DNA of 64,000 nucleotides from Octopus sinensis (lineage: Eukaryota), in the NCBI RefSeq assembly GCF_006345805.1, contig NC_043015.1, positions 29,884,001 through 29,948,000 of the forward strand, written 5' to 3'. Of this stretch, positions 14,116 to 25,059 are shown one piece after another. Positions within the stretch are counted from its first letter, which is position 1. Each line of letters begins with the position of its first letter. Made by a program: the position numbers and the translations under genes. A model generated the notes under the pieces. It was not told where the DNA came from. It did no database searches and was given only the letters and a program-made list of their open reading frames with translations.

Positions 14116-14457
14116 TGAGTGGTTGACAAAGTTTTTCGTACCTTTCAGCTGGAAAAGGAGTAGGTGGACAGCTTCTTTCACTTGTGAGGTGTTTTGTTTG
14201 TGTATGTGAGTGAGTGAGTGAGAGAGCACTATAGAGTGATGGAAAAAAATCTCTGTGACACAAGTTGTGTAATACAGGTTCGATTCTAGGTTGAACCCTT
14301 CCCATTTCACTTCAATTTACATGTTGTAGTCAGCAACTTCCATTCGTAGGAACTGTAGTCTGCTGAAAAATGCAACCTGTTACACTGACTTACACAAAGA
14401 CAAACAAATTGTATGTGTCTGATTTATATTTATAAATATGTATGAATGGACATACTC

Positions 14458-14493
<36 letters not shown>

Positions 14494-14638
14494 TTATATA
14501 TAGAGGGCATTATACATACATGCCAGATGGCATTATACATACATGCCACACGCTAAGAGGGACAATTAGTCATTTCTACCAAAAATATTACTAATCCCAC
14601 CGAATGCAATTTTCAAAGTAAGACATTTAAAAAATATA

Positions 14639-14684
14639 GACCTGTATCACCGTGATTTCATACTTACGTATTCATCAGCAGGCT
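14639..14684 (-). ncRNA. Minimal type I hammerhead ribozyme, copy 1 (antisense, in the inverted arm)
   Basis: Reverse complement reads agcctg CTGATGA atacgtaagtat GAAA tcacggtga TA caggtc; one base shorter in stem I. Confidence 0.8.
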
Positions 14685-14734
14685 GGATGTATCATACATA
14701 AACGACCCTGCCTCGTTTATGTATGATACATCCA

Positions 14735-14780
14735 GGCCTGCTGATGAATACGTAAGTATGAAATCACGGTGATACAGGTC
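14735..14780 (+). ncRNA. Minimal type I hammerhead ribozyme, copy 2 (sense to the gene)
   Basis: Stem I ggcctg/caggtc; CTGATGA; stem II atac-gtaa-gtat; GAAA; stem III tca-cgg-tga; AUA triplet, predicted cleavage after 14774. Confidence 0.85.
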
Positions 14781-15209
14781 TATATTTTTTAAATGTCTTA
14801 CTTTGAAAATTGCATTCGGTGGGATTAGTAATATTTTTGGTAGAAATGACTAATTGTCCCTCTTAGCATGTGGCATGTATGTATAATGCCATCTGGCATG
14901 TATGTATAATGCCCTCTATATATAAATTAATATGTTCAATAAGAAGTAATTATTTTCGAAATTTTTTCTCTTATGAGGTTTTCACGCTATCTACCTGACA
15001 ATTTCTTGTTAAGTTTTCCTTATTAAGTAGTTGTCCTTAATTGCTAAATTTTTATTCCGAAAAAACTTTTCCTTTCCCGAAATGCAATTCGTAAAAGTCT
15101 GACATTCACAGGATGTAATATATGTAAACTCACCCATGTGCTTCGTTGATGTTGATCAGTTAGCTGATCGACTTAAGCGAGGCAGGGTCGTTTATGTATA
15201 ATACATCCA

Positions 15210-15255
15210 GGCCTGCTGATGAATACGTAAGTATGAAATCACAGTGATACAGGTC
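15210..15255 (+). ncRNA. Minimal type I hammerhead ribozyme, copy 3 (sense to the gene)
   Basis: Same fold with stem III loop cag; predicted cleavage after 15249. Confidence 0.85.
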
Positions 15256-15552
15256 TATATTTTTAAATGTCTTACTTTGAAAATTGCATTCGGTGGGATT
15301 AGTAATATTTTTGGTAGAAATGACTAATTGTCCCTCTTAGCGTGTGGCATGTATGTATAATGCCATCTGCATGTATGTATAATGCCCTCTATATATAAAT
15401 TATATGTTCAATAAGAAATAATTATTTTCGAAATTTTTTCTCTTATGAGGTTTTCATGCTATCTACCTGACAATTTCTTGTTAAGTTTTCCTTATTAAGT
15501 AGTTGTCCTTAATTGCTAAATATATATATATATATATAATATATATATATAT

Positions 15553-16195
15553 AGTACAAAGTAAGATAGGGGTTATGGGTGTAACCCACTATGGGATATC
15601 ATTTAGTTAAGTTAAGTTAATTTTTTGGCTCAAAAAGCAAAAAGCAAGGCCATGTAGGGGGACATGGAGTTATGTACAGGGAGGATGTTCATGCAAAGAG
15701 TTCAGGCCATTTCTGGTCAAGAGAGAGACTTTGAACCGAGCGGTCGTCGGCATCTTCACTATCTCGTCCAGTAGCTTATTCCACGGATCTGCAACCCAGG
15801 CAGAGAAAGACCCTCTCCTTCGATTTATCCAATATACTGTTGGTAAAGTACCCAAATTCTTAATACATAAATGTTTTTAATTGCAATGCAATTAAGTCAT
15901 TTATTGTATTAAATGGGTGAAGGTAAAGAAATATTTTTACCGTAAATTTATAATACAAATAAGAAAATGGAGAAACAAATTTAGTTTGTTCATCAACTTA
16001 CGGATATTATAATGTTGATTATTTATTCATTTTACAAATGAGAACATCAAAAGCATACAAAAATATTATATAAATCAATAGATAAGATAATAATACAAAT
16101 ACAGATTTTAAAAGTCAAAATGAATAAATAATCCAACATTATAATATCCATAAGTTGATGGACAAACCAAATTTGTTTCTCCATTTTCTTATTTG

Positions 16196-16204
<9 letters not shown>
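15553..16204. mobile_element. (TA)n-flanked repeat element carrying a LINE insertion and a terminal inverted duplication; second copy at about 47405-47660
   Basis: gtaagataggggttatgg..ttatccaatatactgttggta..gaaaatggagaaa matches 47413-47660; 15947-16030 is inverted at 16117-16204. Confidence 0.75.
15606..15822 (-). mobile_element. CR1/L2-type LINE 3' fragment inserted into the preceding element
   Basis: Minus ORF RRRGSFSAWVADPWNKLLDEIVKMPTTARFK resembles the CR1 ORF2 C-terminus (FSxRV..WNxLP..V.......FK); (TTAAC)n tail; attta on both sides; absent from the 47.4-kb copy. Confidence 0.75.
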
Positions 16205-16241
<37 letters not shown>

Positions 16242-16249
<8 letters not shown>

Positions 16250-16361
16250 ATATTTCGGAATGGTCATATTGCCAGTTTAGCCAATAAAAACACACGCACT
16301 ATAGTGCGTGTGTTTTTATTGGCTAAACTGGCAATATGACCATTCCGAAATATAACAATAT
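16242..16361. repeat. Perfect 120-bp palindrome with no spacer, between (TA)n tracts
   Basis: The 60-bp arm atattgttatatttcggaatggtcatattgccagtttagccaataaaaacacacgcacta is followed immediately by its exact reverse complement. Confidence 0.95.
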
Positions 16362-16769
16362 CTGTTTCAACATACGACTTCACATAAAAAATCTTGCACA
16401 ACAAATATTTAAACGTACTATATATATATATATATATATATATAATTTGTAAGCTCCAGTAGAATGAAGGTATTTTAATAAGGACACCAAGCTAGGGTCA
16501 AAAATAGCATATTCATGTATCAACAGTATTGATGAACACTCAGGTATATACTAATGTATATAAAGATTTATCCTCTCACTTACAAAGACATTCACATGAA
16601 CTGATCATCACACCGAAATTTGAATTTCAATTTACCTGAAGAAAATGGGTTTTTTTTTTCTTGATGTAATTATTTATTTATAAATAAAAAAAACTCATCT
16701 GAAACAGCTGTAGTGAGCCTCAGCCCATTTGTGTGTGTTGGGGGGGCAGCTCTAGAGAAGTGCTGATCT

Positions 16770-17210
16770 CAGTGAAGGAAACCTGTGGAATAGGTTGACT
16801 GAAGAAGACATGGGATGATGTTTTGGAGCATGATCTTCGGATACTGAGACTCACAAAAGTGATGCCAAGTGCTCAAGATCTTTGGCAATTTGCTGTGCTT
16901 GAAAAGATGCATGAAGCCAAGTGAAATCATAGTTGTGGCCAATGCTAGTGACACATAAAAGGCACCCGTGCCAGTGGAATATGAAAGGTACCTGTGCTGG
17001 TGACACATAACAGGCACCTGTCCCTGTGGCACATAAAAGGTACCCACTACATTCTTGGAGTTGTTGGCGTTAGGAAGGACATCTAGCTGTAGAAACAACC
17101 AAGCCAAATTCAGACTGGAACCTGGTGCAGCTCTCCAGCTTACCAGTTCCAATCAAACCATCTAACCAATGCCAGCATGGGAAAACAAACACTAAATGAT
17201 ACTGATAATG
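16770..17210 (+). mobile_element. RTE LINE 3' end: ORF2 C-terminus plus 3'-UTR (family B)
   Basis: TCGIG*LKKTWDDVLEHDLRILRLTKVMPSAQDLWQFAVLEKMHEAK* (stop 16922-24) runs directly into the gtggcacataaaaggcacc repeats and the family B tail. Confidence 0.8.
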
Positions 17211-17359
17211 ATAATAATTTAATCAGTAAAAAGTTACAAGGTGACTTAAGGGCTGAGAGTGATAAGTTCTGCTGATTAAACAAGAATAGATATATATATA
17301 TATATATATATACTCATGCTTTGAGTTCTATTTTTCTGTTTGTATTATCAAACCTATAT

Positions 17360-17663
17360 CACTGTGACCGTCCAGGCTATCAGATGTTGCTACACATCGC
17401 TGGTCACAATGCGCTTTGCATTGTTTTAGCCTTCAAATGACGCCACGCAGCTGGCTAAGCGAGCAGACCAACAGAAGAAAGAGTGAGAGAAAGTTGTGGC
17501 GAAAGAGTACAGCAGGGATCGCCACCACCCCCTGCCGGAGCCTTGTGGAGCTTTAGGTGTTTTCTCTCAATAAACACTCACAACGCCCGGTCTGGGAATC
17601 GAAACCGTGATCCTACAACCACGAGTCCACTACCCTAACCACTGGGCCATTGCGCCTCCACAG
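17360..17663 (-). mobile_element. tRNA-derived SINE family E, full length with TSD
   Basis: Minus head ggaggcgcaatggcccagtggttagg...ggtttcgattccc (A/B boxes); 11-bp TSD caaacctatat at 17349-59 and 17664-74. Confidence 0.88.
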
Positions 17664-18112
17664 CAAACCTATATATAGATGTTAAATGTGTGTGTGAATG
17701 TACATGATCACATGCACAAATCATTTGTAGTTCATAATTGTTTTTATTTACATTTGATTTTTTTTTTTCTTCTTTTTATCTGTTTCAGAATTTTTTGTGC
17801 TTTTTATCTTTATTGATTTTTTGTTACTAATAATTCCATTTGTTTCTTTCACCATTCTATATTCTGTGTTCGAACCTTGATCTTTCAAGGTTGATAAATT
17901 AAGTACCAGTAAAACACTGGGGTTGATGTAATCCACTTGTCCCTTACTCCCCTATTTCAGGCCTTGTACCTTTAGTAGAAAGGTTTATTATTATTATTTG
18001 CTGGACCAAATAACCAGCAAAGTTGGGACTGGAAGTAGCTTGGGTTTCTGGACTTTCTGGTTTTCTGGAGACAACCTAAATATGTACTTAAAATATAAAA
18101 TAAACAAATATA

Positions 18113-18531
18113 GACGCAGGAGTGGCTGTGTGGTAAGTAGCTTGCTTACCAACCACATGGTTCCGGGTTCAGTCTCACTGCGTGGCACCTTGGGCATGTC
18201 TTCTACTATAGCCTCGGGCCAACCAAAACCTTGTGAGTGGATTTGGTCGACGGAAACTGAAAGAAGCCCGTCGTATATATGTATATATATATATATGTGT
18301 GTGTGTGTGTATGTTTGTGTGTCTGTGTTTGTCCACCTAGCATTTCATGACAACCGATGCTGGTGTGTTTACGTCCCCGTTACTTAGCGGTTCGGCAAAA
18401 GAGACCGATAGAATGAGTACTGGGCTTACAAAGAATAAGTCCCGGAGTCGAGTTGCTCGATTAAAGACGGTGCTCCAGCATGGCCGCAGTCAGATGACTG
18501 AAACAAGTAAAAGAGTAAAAGAGAATGTAAA
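18113..18531 (+). mobile_element. SINE family A, full length
   Basis: Head ggagtggctgtgtggtaag, B-box ggttcagtc, tail cagtcagatgactgaaacaagtaaaagag. Confidence 0.92.
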
Positions 18532-18726
18532 GAACTAAACTGTATTTAAGAGATTCAAATTAATACACTTCAAAAGTGGGATCTGTTTGATCTCTCTTAA
18601 TCCACTTAAAATTCTTTAACTATATCATGCTGTGCCATCTATGTACCATAATGTTTATAGGACGAAAATAGAAGTAAAGAACATGATTTTATTTGAGATA
18701 CAACTTCAAATTAATAACACTTCTAA

Positions 18727-18909
18727 CCCTTTTGCATTCAGATTATTCCGTCAGATGTAATGCTTATTTATTCACATTGTTTTGAACTGATCAATTGTTC
18801 TGGGTTCAGTCCCACTGCCACTTGGGCAAGTGTCTTCTACTATAGCCCCGGGCCGACCAATACCTTGTGAGTGGATTTGGTAGACGGAAACTGAAAGAAG
18901 CCTGTCGTA

Positions 18910-18992
<83 letters not shown>

Positions 18993-19350
18993 TTGTGTGT
19001 CTGTGTTTGTCCCCCTAGCATTGCTTGACAACCGATGCTGGTGTGTTTACACCCCCGTCACTTAGCGGTTCGGCAAAAAGAGACCGATAGAATAAGTACT
19101 GGGCTTACAAAGAATAAGTCCCGGAGTCAATTTGCTCGACTAAAGGCGGTGCTCCAGCATGGCCACAGTCAAATGACTGAAACAAGTAAAAGAGTAAAGA
19201 GTAAGAGTATAGCCTCAAGATTTCAATGATGTGATTGTATATTTTCAGAATGATCTTGTAGGGTAGATGTAAGAGGCCGGATCTGGCCGGTTTGAACAAA
19301 AAACAAGTAGAATATTTGGACTGGATATAGCTGGTTTAAATGCTAAAGGG
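18727..19350. mobile_element. piggyBac-type (TTAA) MITE split by a nested 5'-truncated family A SINE (about 18797-19205, +)
   Basis: Ends ccc-tttt-gcatt / aatgctaaaggg with degenerate TTAA flanks; the two halves join to match the intact copy at 27070-27300. Confidence 0.8.
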
Positions 19351-19374
19351 TTACTGCGGAATATAAATCCTTAA

Positions 19375-19750
19375 AATCCTTTAAAATGTTTCAGCCCGAA
19401 GGCTGCGGCCATGCTGGGGCACCACCGTTGAATGAGCTACACTAGTATGTGAAACCACCTCTGATACGTGGCACTTGATCAATAAGGGAGTTCGATGCTG
19501 CTGCCCGCATCTGTGTCTCGTGTTGTGAGGTAGGTTCATCTGGGACCCCCAACAAGAAGAAATCCAGTTTAGTTTTAAAGAAATCCACACCATGCAGGTC
19601 TCTCAGGCATTTAGGGAGGATGTTGAAGAGCTGTGGTCCTCTGAAACCCAAGCTGTTGCAGTATCTGGTCCTGTATTTTGATGGTGATGTTGGAATCCTT
19701 GGCACCATGCAGTGGCACCCCGTTCTGCAGTTGGTAACTTTCAATGCCAA
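19375..19750 (-). mobile_element. CR1/L2-group LINE 3' end (ORF2 C-terminus plus 3'-UTR)
   Basis: ORF ...RYCNSLGFRGPQLFNILPKCLRDL..VDFFKTKLDFFLLGVPDEP...RAAASNSLIDQ; the 3'-UTR ends ggtgccccagcatggccgcagccttcgggctgaaaca. Confidence 0.8.
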
Positions 19751-20990
19751 TATGTTTACTTTTTTATGTTGATTGATAGAGATTAAAGAATAAAACTACT
19801 TGTAACACACCATATGCGAATTAACCAACTTCAAAAAGCCGGGTCTATTTACTTAACACAAGGACCTGTATATTGCACAGAAATCTCGGATGTCTGGAAA
19901 TTCTGTATTTCTGGAAGCTGGATAAGTGAACTGTGGCATTTATACAAATGTGCAGGTACTTGTGTTTCATTCAGTTATTGAAGTGAATTTAATATTTAAT
20001 TTGGAGTTTATTGACCTGGGTGGCCACTCCTGGTTTGGAAAAAACCATTAATCCGGAAAGGCTTTGGAAGCAAAGGTTTTTAGAAAATCAATGTGGTACC
20101 TAGACTATATTTGGCTAGCCATTCCATTGCCTTTTTGAGACTTCTTGCTATGCACATGCAAGACAAAGCCAGGCTATTCCATTATTTGGCGTCCCACAAC
20201 ACAAAATCAATAAATCCATTTAGACACATATGTATGAAACCATAAATAAAACTTCCATCAATTAAAAAAATCCATTTTTTTAACAAAAGCTCTTGAATAA
20301 GACAACTAATCGTATTCTACAATTTCTCTCAGACAAAGAATACGTGTGGGTGCATGTATTTTCGCTTGTTTTATGTCTGTTTTTCTTATCCCAGCATGGG
20401 TTGGAAGGAGACTGAAGGCAAAATTTTATGGCCAAATGCCCTTCCTGTCAAGAACTCTTACCAGTTCTTTAAATAGAATTCCACTGGCCTTTGAAAGCCA
20501 GTAGTTACGAGATGTATTGTTTACCGGGGGGTGTAAACCTAGCATCACTGTTTTGCTCAGATTGCATCAGGCGAAAATGCGGCGTAGAAACACTTGTGCA
20601 TGCATGCACACATGAGTGAGTGGGGAGATTGTTTACATGTATGGAAGCCTGTCTCTCACACACACACACACATATGGTGGGCTTTCATAGACATTTTGTC
20701 TGCCAATCTATTTACATGGAATTGGTCAAGCCAATGCATGGTACATGCCCAAGGTGTGGCTTACATTGCAATAGAACTCGAAACCATGTGGTTACAAAAT
20801 GAACCCTGTAACCACAGTCATGCATGTGTGTGTGTGTGTGTGTGTGTATATATAATGTATATATAATATATATATATATATATATATTATTGGTAAAAAC
20901 AGTAAGATAACAAAAGAAAGAGACCTCAATATTATGTAAATAGAGGAATTTATCTGTAAATATAATATGTGACAATTATTCGGCAGCCAA

Positions 20991-21051
20991 GATAAAACTC
21001 TGAGTTTCGGTTGCCGAGGTGGAAATCCACACCACCATCTCTTCAGTTATC
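20991..21051 (-). ncRNA. Minimal hammerhead ribozyme-like motif in a (TA)n-adjacent element (about 20885-21170)
   Basis: Minus: stem I gataa/ttatc; CTGAAGA; 31-nt imperfect stem II (inner gtgg-attt-ccac); GAAA; near-palindromic stem III ctc-a-gag; GUU triplet. Confidence 0.65.
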
Positions 21052-21182
21052 CAGATGTGTGACAGGTTTGGTAGCCTTCAACTAACACTATCTCTTCCGA
21101 GACCCTGCAGCGCAAGTTGACCAAAATTGAGAGTATGATAGAAGAAGGCTTGCTCTTCCTTTCATAGAAGAAAAAATTCAAA

Positions 21183-21427
21183 TCGGACCATGTTAAGACC
21201 AAAAATTATTTACATCAAAAAGGTGCTTTTTTTTCCCTATGAAAATCCCAATTTATTACGATTTTTTTTACTGCTGTGTCGCCTTTTTTTGGTGTATTTC
21301 AACCAGAAAAATGTTCACTTAAAGAGAATAACAAGCTACATAATGCAAAATTTTTACTTTTCAAAAATTCCAATTCTAAAGGGTCGCAAAGAAAACAAAC
21401 CCGAGCAACGCCAGGCAATACTACTAG
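21183..21427 (+). mobile_element. Helitron 3' terminus (5' boundary uncertain)
   Basis: Hairpin-like cccgagcaacgccagg followed by CTAG (21424-27) then T. Confidence 0.6.
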
Positions 21428-21447
21428 TTATGAGATAAGCACACAAA

Positions 21448-21482
<35 letters not shown>

Positions 21483-22084
21483 GCATATATGGATTGTTAT
21501 CAAAACTGATTGGTTTGTAAATAGTATTGAGTTGTGTGTGTCTGCATATCGTGTGTGTATATTGTAGTATATATGTGCATATAGAGTTGTGTGTTGAGAG
21601 CGTATATATCTTTGTATACATGTTTATTGAGCCTTGTGTCTGTTTTGAAATGTGTATTGATCTGAGACTTTGTATGTATTGCAACACTTTGATCTGGAAA
21701 GAATGGTTGTATGAATGGTGTGTGTGTGTGTCTGTCTGTGTAACATCTGCCCTAATTTACCTCACCTTCTGTGCTACGTTCCGTTTCACAGATCCTACTG
21801 AAGAGAAATCACCATTGTTGCTACGACAACAAATTGGTGGTTTTGTGGTTGTCGGTGAAGGGAGCACATGAGAACACTTTGTGTGGTATTCTGAGTTCAA
21901 ATCTCACCAAGGTTGACTTTGTTTTTCATTCTCCTTGAGTCAGTTAACCCTTTAACATAGGAAGCACAAGCAAATATTTAAAGTGAGGTAGATGTTAGAT
22001 TAGATTGTATAAGAAATTGTGGATTGTGAACAACTGTGTAAAAAGTTAGCTTCTATTTGAGTAAAATAATTATCTTGTGAGTAA

Positions 22085-22457
22085 GGCGCAGGAGTGGCTG
22101 TGTGGTAAGTAGCTTGCTAACCAACCACATGGTTCCGGGTTCAGTCCCACTGCGTGGCATCCTGGGCAAGTGTCTTCTGCTATAGCCCCGGGCCGACCAA
22201 TGCCTTGTGAGTGGATTTGGTAGACGGAAACTGAAAGAAGCCTGTCGTATATATGTGTGTGTGTGTTTGTCCCCCTAGCATTGCTTGACAACCGATGCTG
22301 GTGTGTTTACGTCCCCATCACTTAGCGGTTCGGCAAAGAAGACAGATAGAATAAGTACTGGGCTTACAAAAGAATAAGTCCCGGGGTCGATTTGCTCGAC
22401 TAAAGGCAGTGCTCCAGCATGGCTGCAGTCAAATGACTGAAACAAGTAAAAGAGTAA
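22085..22457 (+). mobile_element. SINE family A, full length
   Basis: Same head, core and tail blocks. Confidence 0.92.
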
Positions 22458-22799
22458 GGCATTTATAATATGCCATTCTTTGAAAAGGTTGCAGAATTCT
22501 ACAAAACATTGAGAGACATGCATTTGACATCCATGTTGTTTTCTTTTGTGATTTAATATCACTAAACCATCACCATGGGTACAGTATCACTCTGTGTGTT
22601 GGGAAGTCTCCTTTTTGAATTTTTTTTTTCCATCTGTTCCACATTTGTTGATACTTCTTGTTTTTGGTTTTTTGCATTTGATTGTGACCGTCTGTCTGTC
22701 TGTCTGGTCATCTGTCAATTTGTGTCACTGTCCTCACAGCTGTTTGCTCGTGCTTCACAAAAACACAGACACATACACGTACATATATACACACTATAT

Positions 22800-23364
22800 A
22801 CATACATTATATATATGTATGTATATATATGTATGTGTATATGTATGTGTATGTATGTATGTATATGTTTGTATGTATGTATATGTATGTATGTATATGT
22901 TTGTATGTATGTATATGTATGTATATGTATATGTATGTATGTATATACATGTAAGTATGTATATACATGTAAGTATGTATATGCATGTAAGTATGTATAT
23001 ACATGTATGTATGTATATACATGTAAGTATGTATATACATGTAAGTATGTATATACATGTAAGTATGTATATACATGTATGTATGTATATACATGTATGT
23101 ATGTATATACATGTATGTATGTATATACATGTATGTATGTGTATATGTATGTGTATATGTATGTATGTATATGTATGTATGTATGTATATGTATGTATGT
23201 ATGTATATGTATGTATATGTATGTATGTATATATATATATGTATGTATATATATATATATATAGTATGTATATATATGTATTATATATATGTATGTATGT
23301 ATTGTATGTATATATATATATGTATATATATGTATGTATGTATGTATATATATGTATGTATATG

Positions 23365-23395
<31 letters not shown>

Positions 23396-23531
23396 GTATG
23401 TTATATGTATGTATATATGTATGTATTATATATATGTATGTATATATATGTATATATGTATGTATGTATATGTATGTATGTATATTATGTATGTATATGT
23501 ATGTATGTATATGTATGTATGTATATATATG

Positions 23532-23563
<32 letters not shown>

Positions 23564-23660
23564 TATGTGTATGTATATATATATATATGTGTATGTATAT
23601 ATATATATATGTGTATGTATATATATATATATGTGTATGTATATATATGCATGCATATGC
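22800..23660. repeat. Compound (TATG)/(TA) microsatellite with 18-bp higher-order units
   Basis: Visible array including repeated gtatatacatgtaagtat. Confidence 0.95.
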
Positions 23661-24230
23661 ATGTTTCCCTCCAGTACATCAAGGTGTATCGAGTGCAAGC
23701 CATGCTATAGCATCACCAATCAATAAGTGTGGTTTCAATGTGTGCTGCACACCTGCCTGTTGTGTCGGTGTGCCCCAGCTGTTGTCAGCAAACTACTACT
23801 ACTACTATGGCAGCCAGGTGGTGGGGAGGAGGGAGGGAGAGGGTATCAAGGTAATTCCTTGCTACTCTCCCTCTTCCTTCCACCCCCATTCACTCTCCAT
23901 TATAGACAAGACTTTAAGCCTCAGTGCTGATGGTGATGATGATTGTGATAGTGTACTGGTGGAATCGATACCTGGTGGTTGTGCTGATGTCGCTGCTGGC
24001 ATTGTAGGTGTGTGACAGGTATTACCTGGTTTATGGGGGGAGGGGTGATAGTAGTGTTGGCTGGCGTCTAGTAGTGGTAGTGTTTTTAGTCGTACTCAGG
24101 GTGCACAAATGCAATAATATGGGTGTGCACATTATATAAATATATATATTGCACATATATATATGTATGTATATTGCACACATACACACACACACACATA
24201 TATATGTATGTATATATGTATGTATATATG

Positions 24231-24274
<44 letters not shown>

Positions 24275-24488
24275 CATGTATGTATGTATATATACCAGCG
24301 GTGGTGCCCCAGCATGACCGTGGCCTTCGGGCTAAAACATTTTTAAGGATTTATATATATATTCTGTGTGTGTATGTGTGTGTTTTAGAATACGGTTATT
24401 ATTTTAAAGCATGTTTAATAACGGAGCAATTACTGATGACCAGACTGTAAATCAAGGATAGTCTAATTTATTGCAAAGATCAAGCTAG

Positions 24489-24524
<36 letters not shown>

Positions 24525-24769
24525 TTATATTAACAGCCATACATGAGAGATAGATAGATAGATAGATAGATAGATGAATGATGCCATGGTGATGTCACTA
24601 GATGGTAAGAGTGTTGGTGAGGGCGGAGCAGGTATTACCTGGTTTATGGCAGTGGCAGTGTTATTGTGGCTGATGTCTCGTAGTGGTAGTGTTTTTAAGT
24701 GTACTGAGGAGGCATGAATGCAATAGAAATGTGTGAGAGAGAGAGAGAGAAAAAGAGAGAAACCAGGTA

Positions 24770-25040
24770 TAAGAGGAATCGTTTGTAGTGTGCATGTGTG
24801 ACAAATGCGCTTGTATGGACATGTAACGCATATCGATGACGACAAATGGGCAAAGAAGTGCCAGGAGATTCATATGGAAGAATCCAGTGGAAAGAAGGCT
24901 TGGGGAAAAATATGAGGTGGGGATGGAAGTAGTGATGGTTGATCTCTGGAATCCAAATCTCACAGAAAAAATAAATGCACCAAGTTGTTGGATGCTGTAC
25001 TGGAGAGGACTCTTCTAACTCATGCAAGCGCAGAAAACTG
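24770..25040 (+). pseudogene. Decayed RTE ORF2 C-terminal fragment
   Basis: GIRGIVCSV..RLYGHVTHIDDDKWAKKCQEI resembles the RTE LRWYGHV.R......KKC region. Confidence 0.65.
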
Positions 25041-25059
25041 GGCATAGAAATAACTGTGT

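Larger units (their letters stand above)
14491..15520. mobile_element. (TA)n-flanked hammerhead-containing repeat: inverted partial unit, one full 475-bp unit and a partial unit (retrozyme or Penelope pseudo-LTR-like)
   Basis: Unit restarts at tcgtttatg 14713 and 15188 (period 475); 14491-14715 is its reverse complement; (TA)n on both sides; each copy carries an HHR core. Confidence 0.85.

Noticed and set aside
18113-18190. tRNA-like A/B-box sequences at SINE heads (also 17600-17660, 35503-35570, 53105-53170)
   Set aside because: No complete cloverleaf; each continues into a SINE body.
24012-24728. Local diverged duplication of about 100 bp (caggtattacctggtttatgg...aatgcaata) 610 bp apart
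   Set aside because: Real but looks like ordinary decayed local duplication with no structure or function evident.
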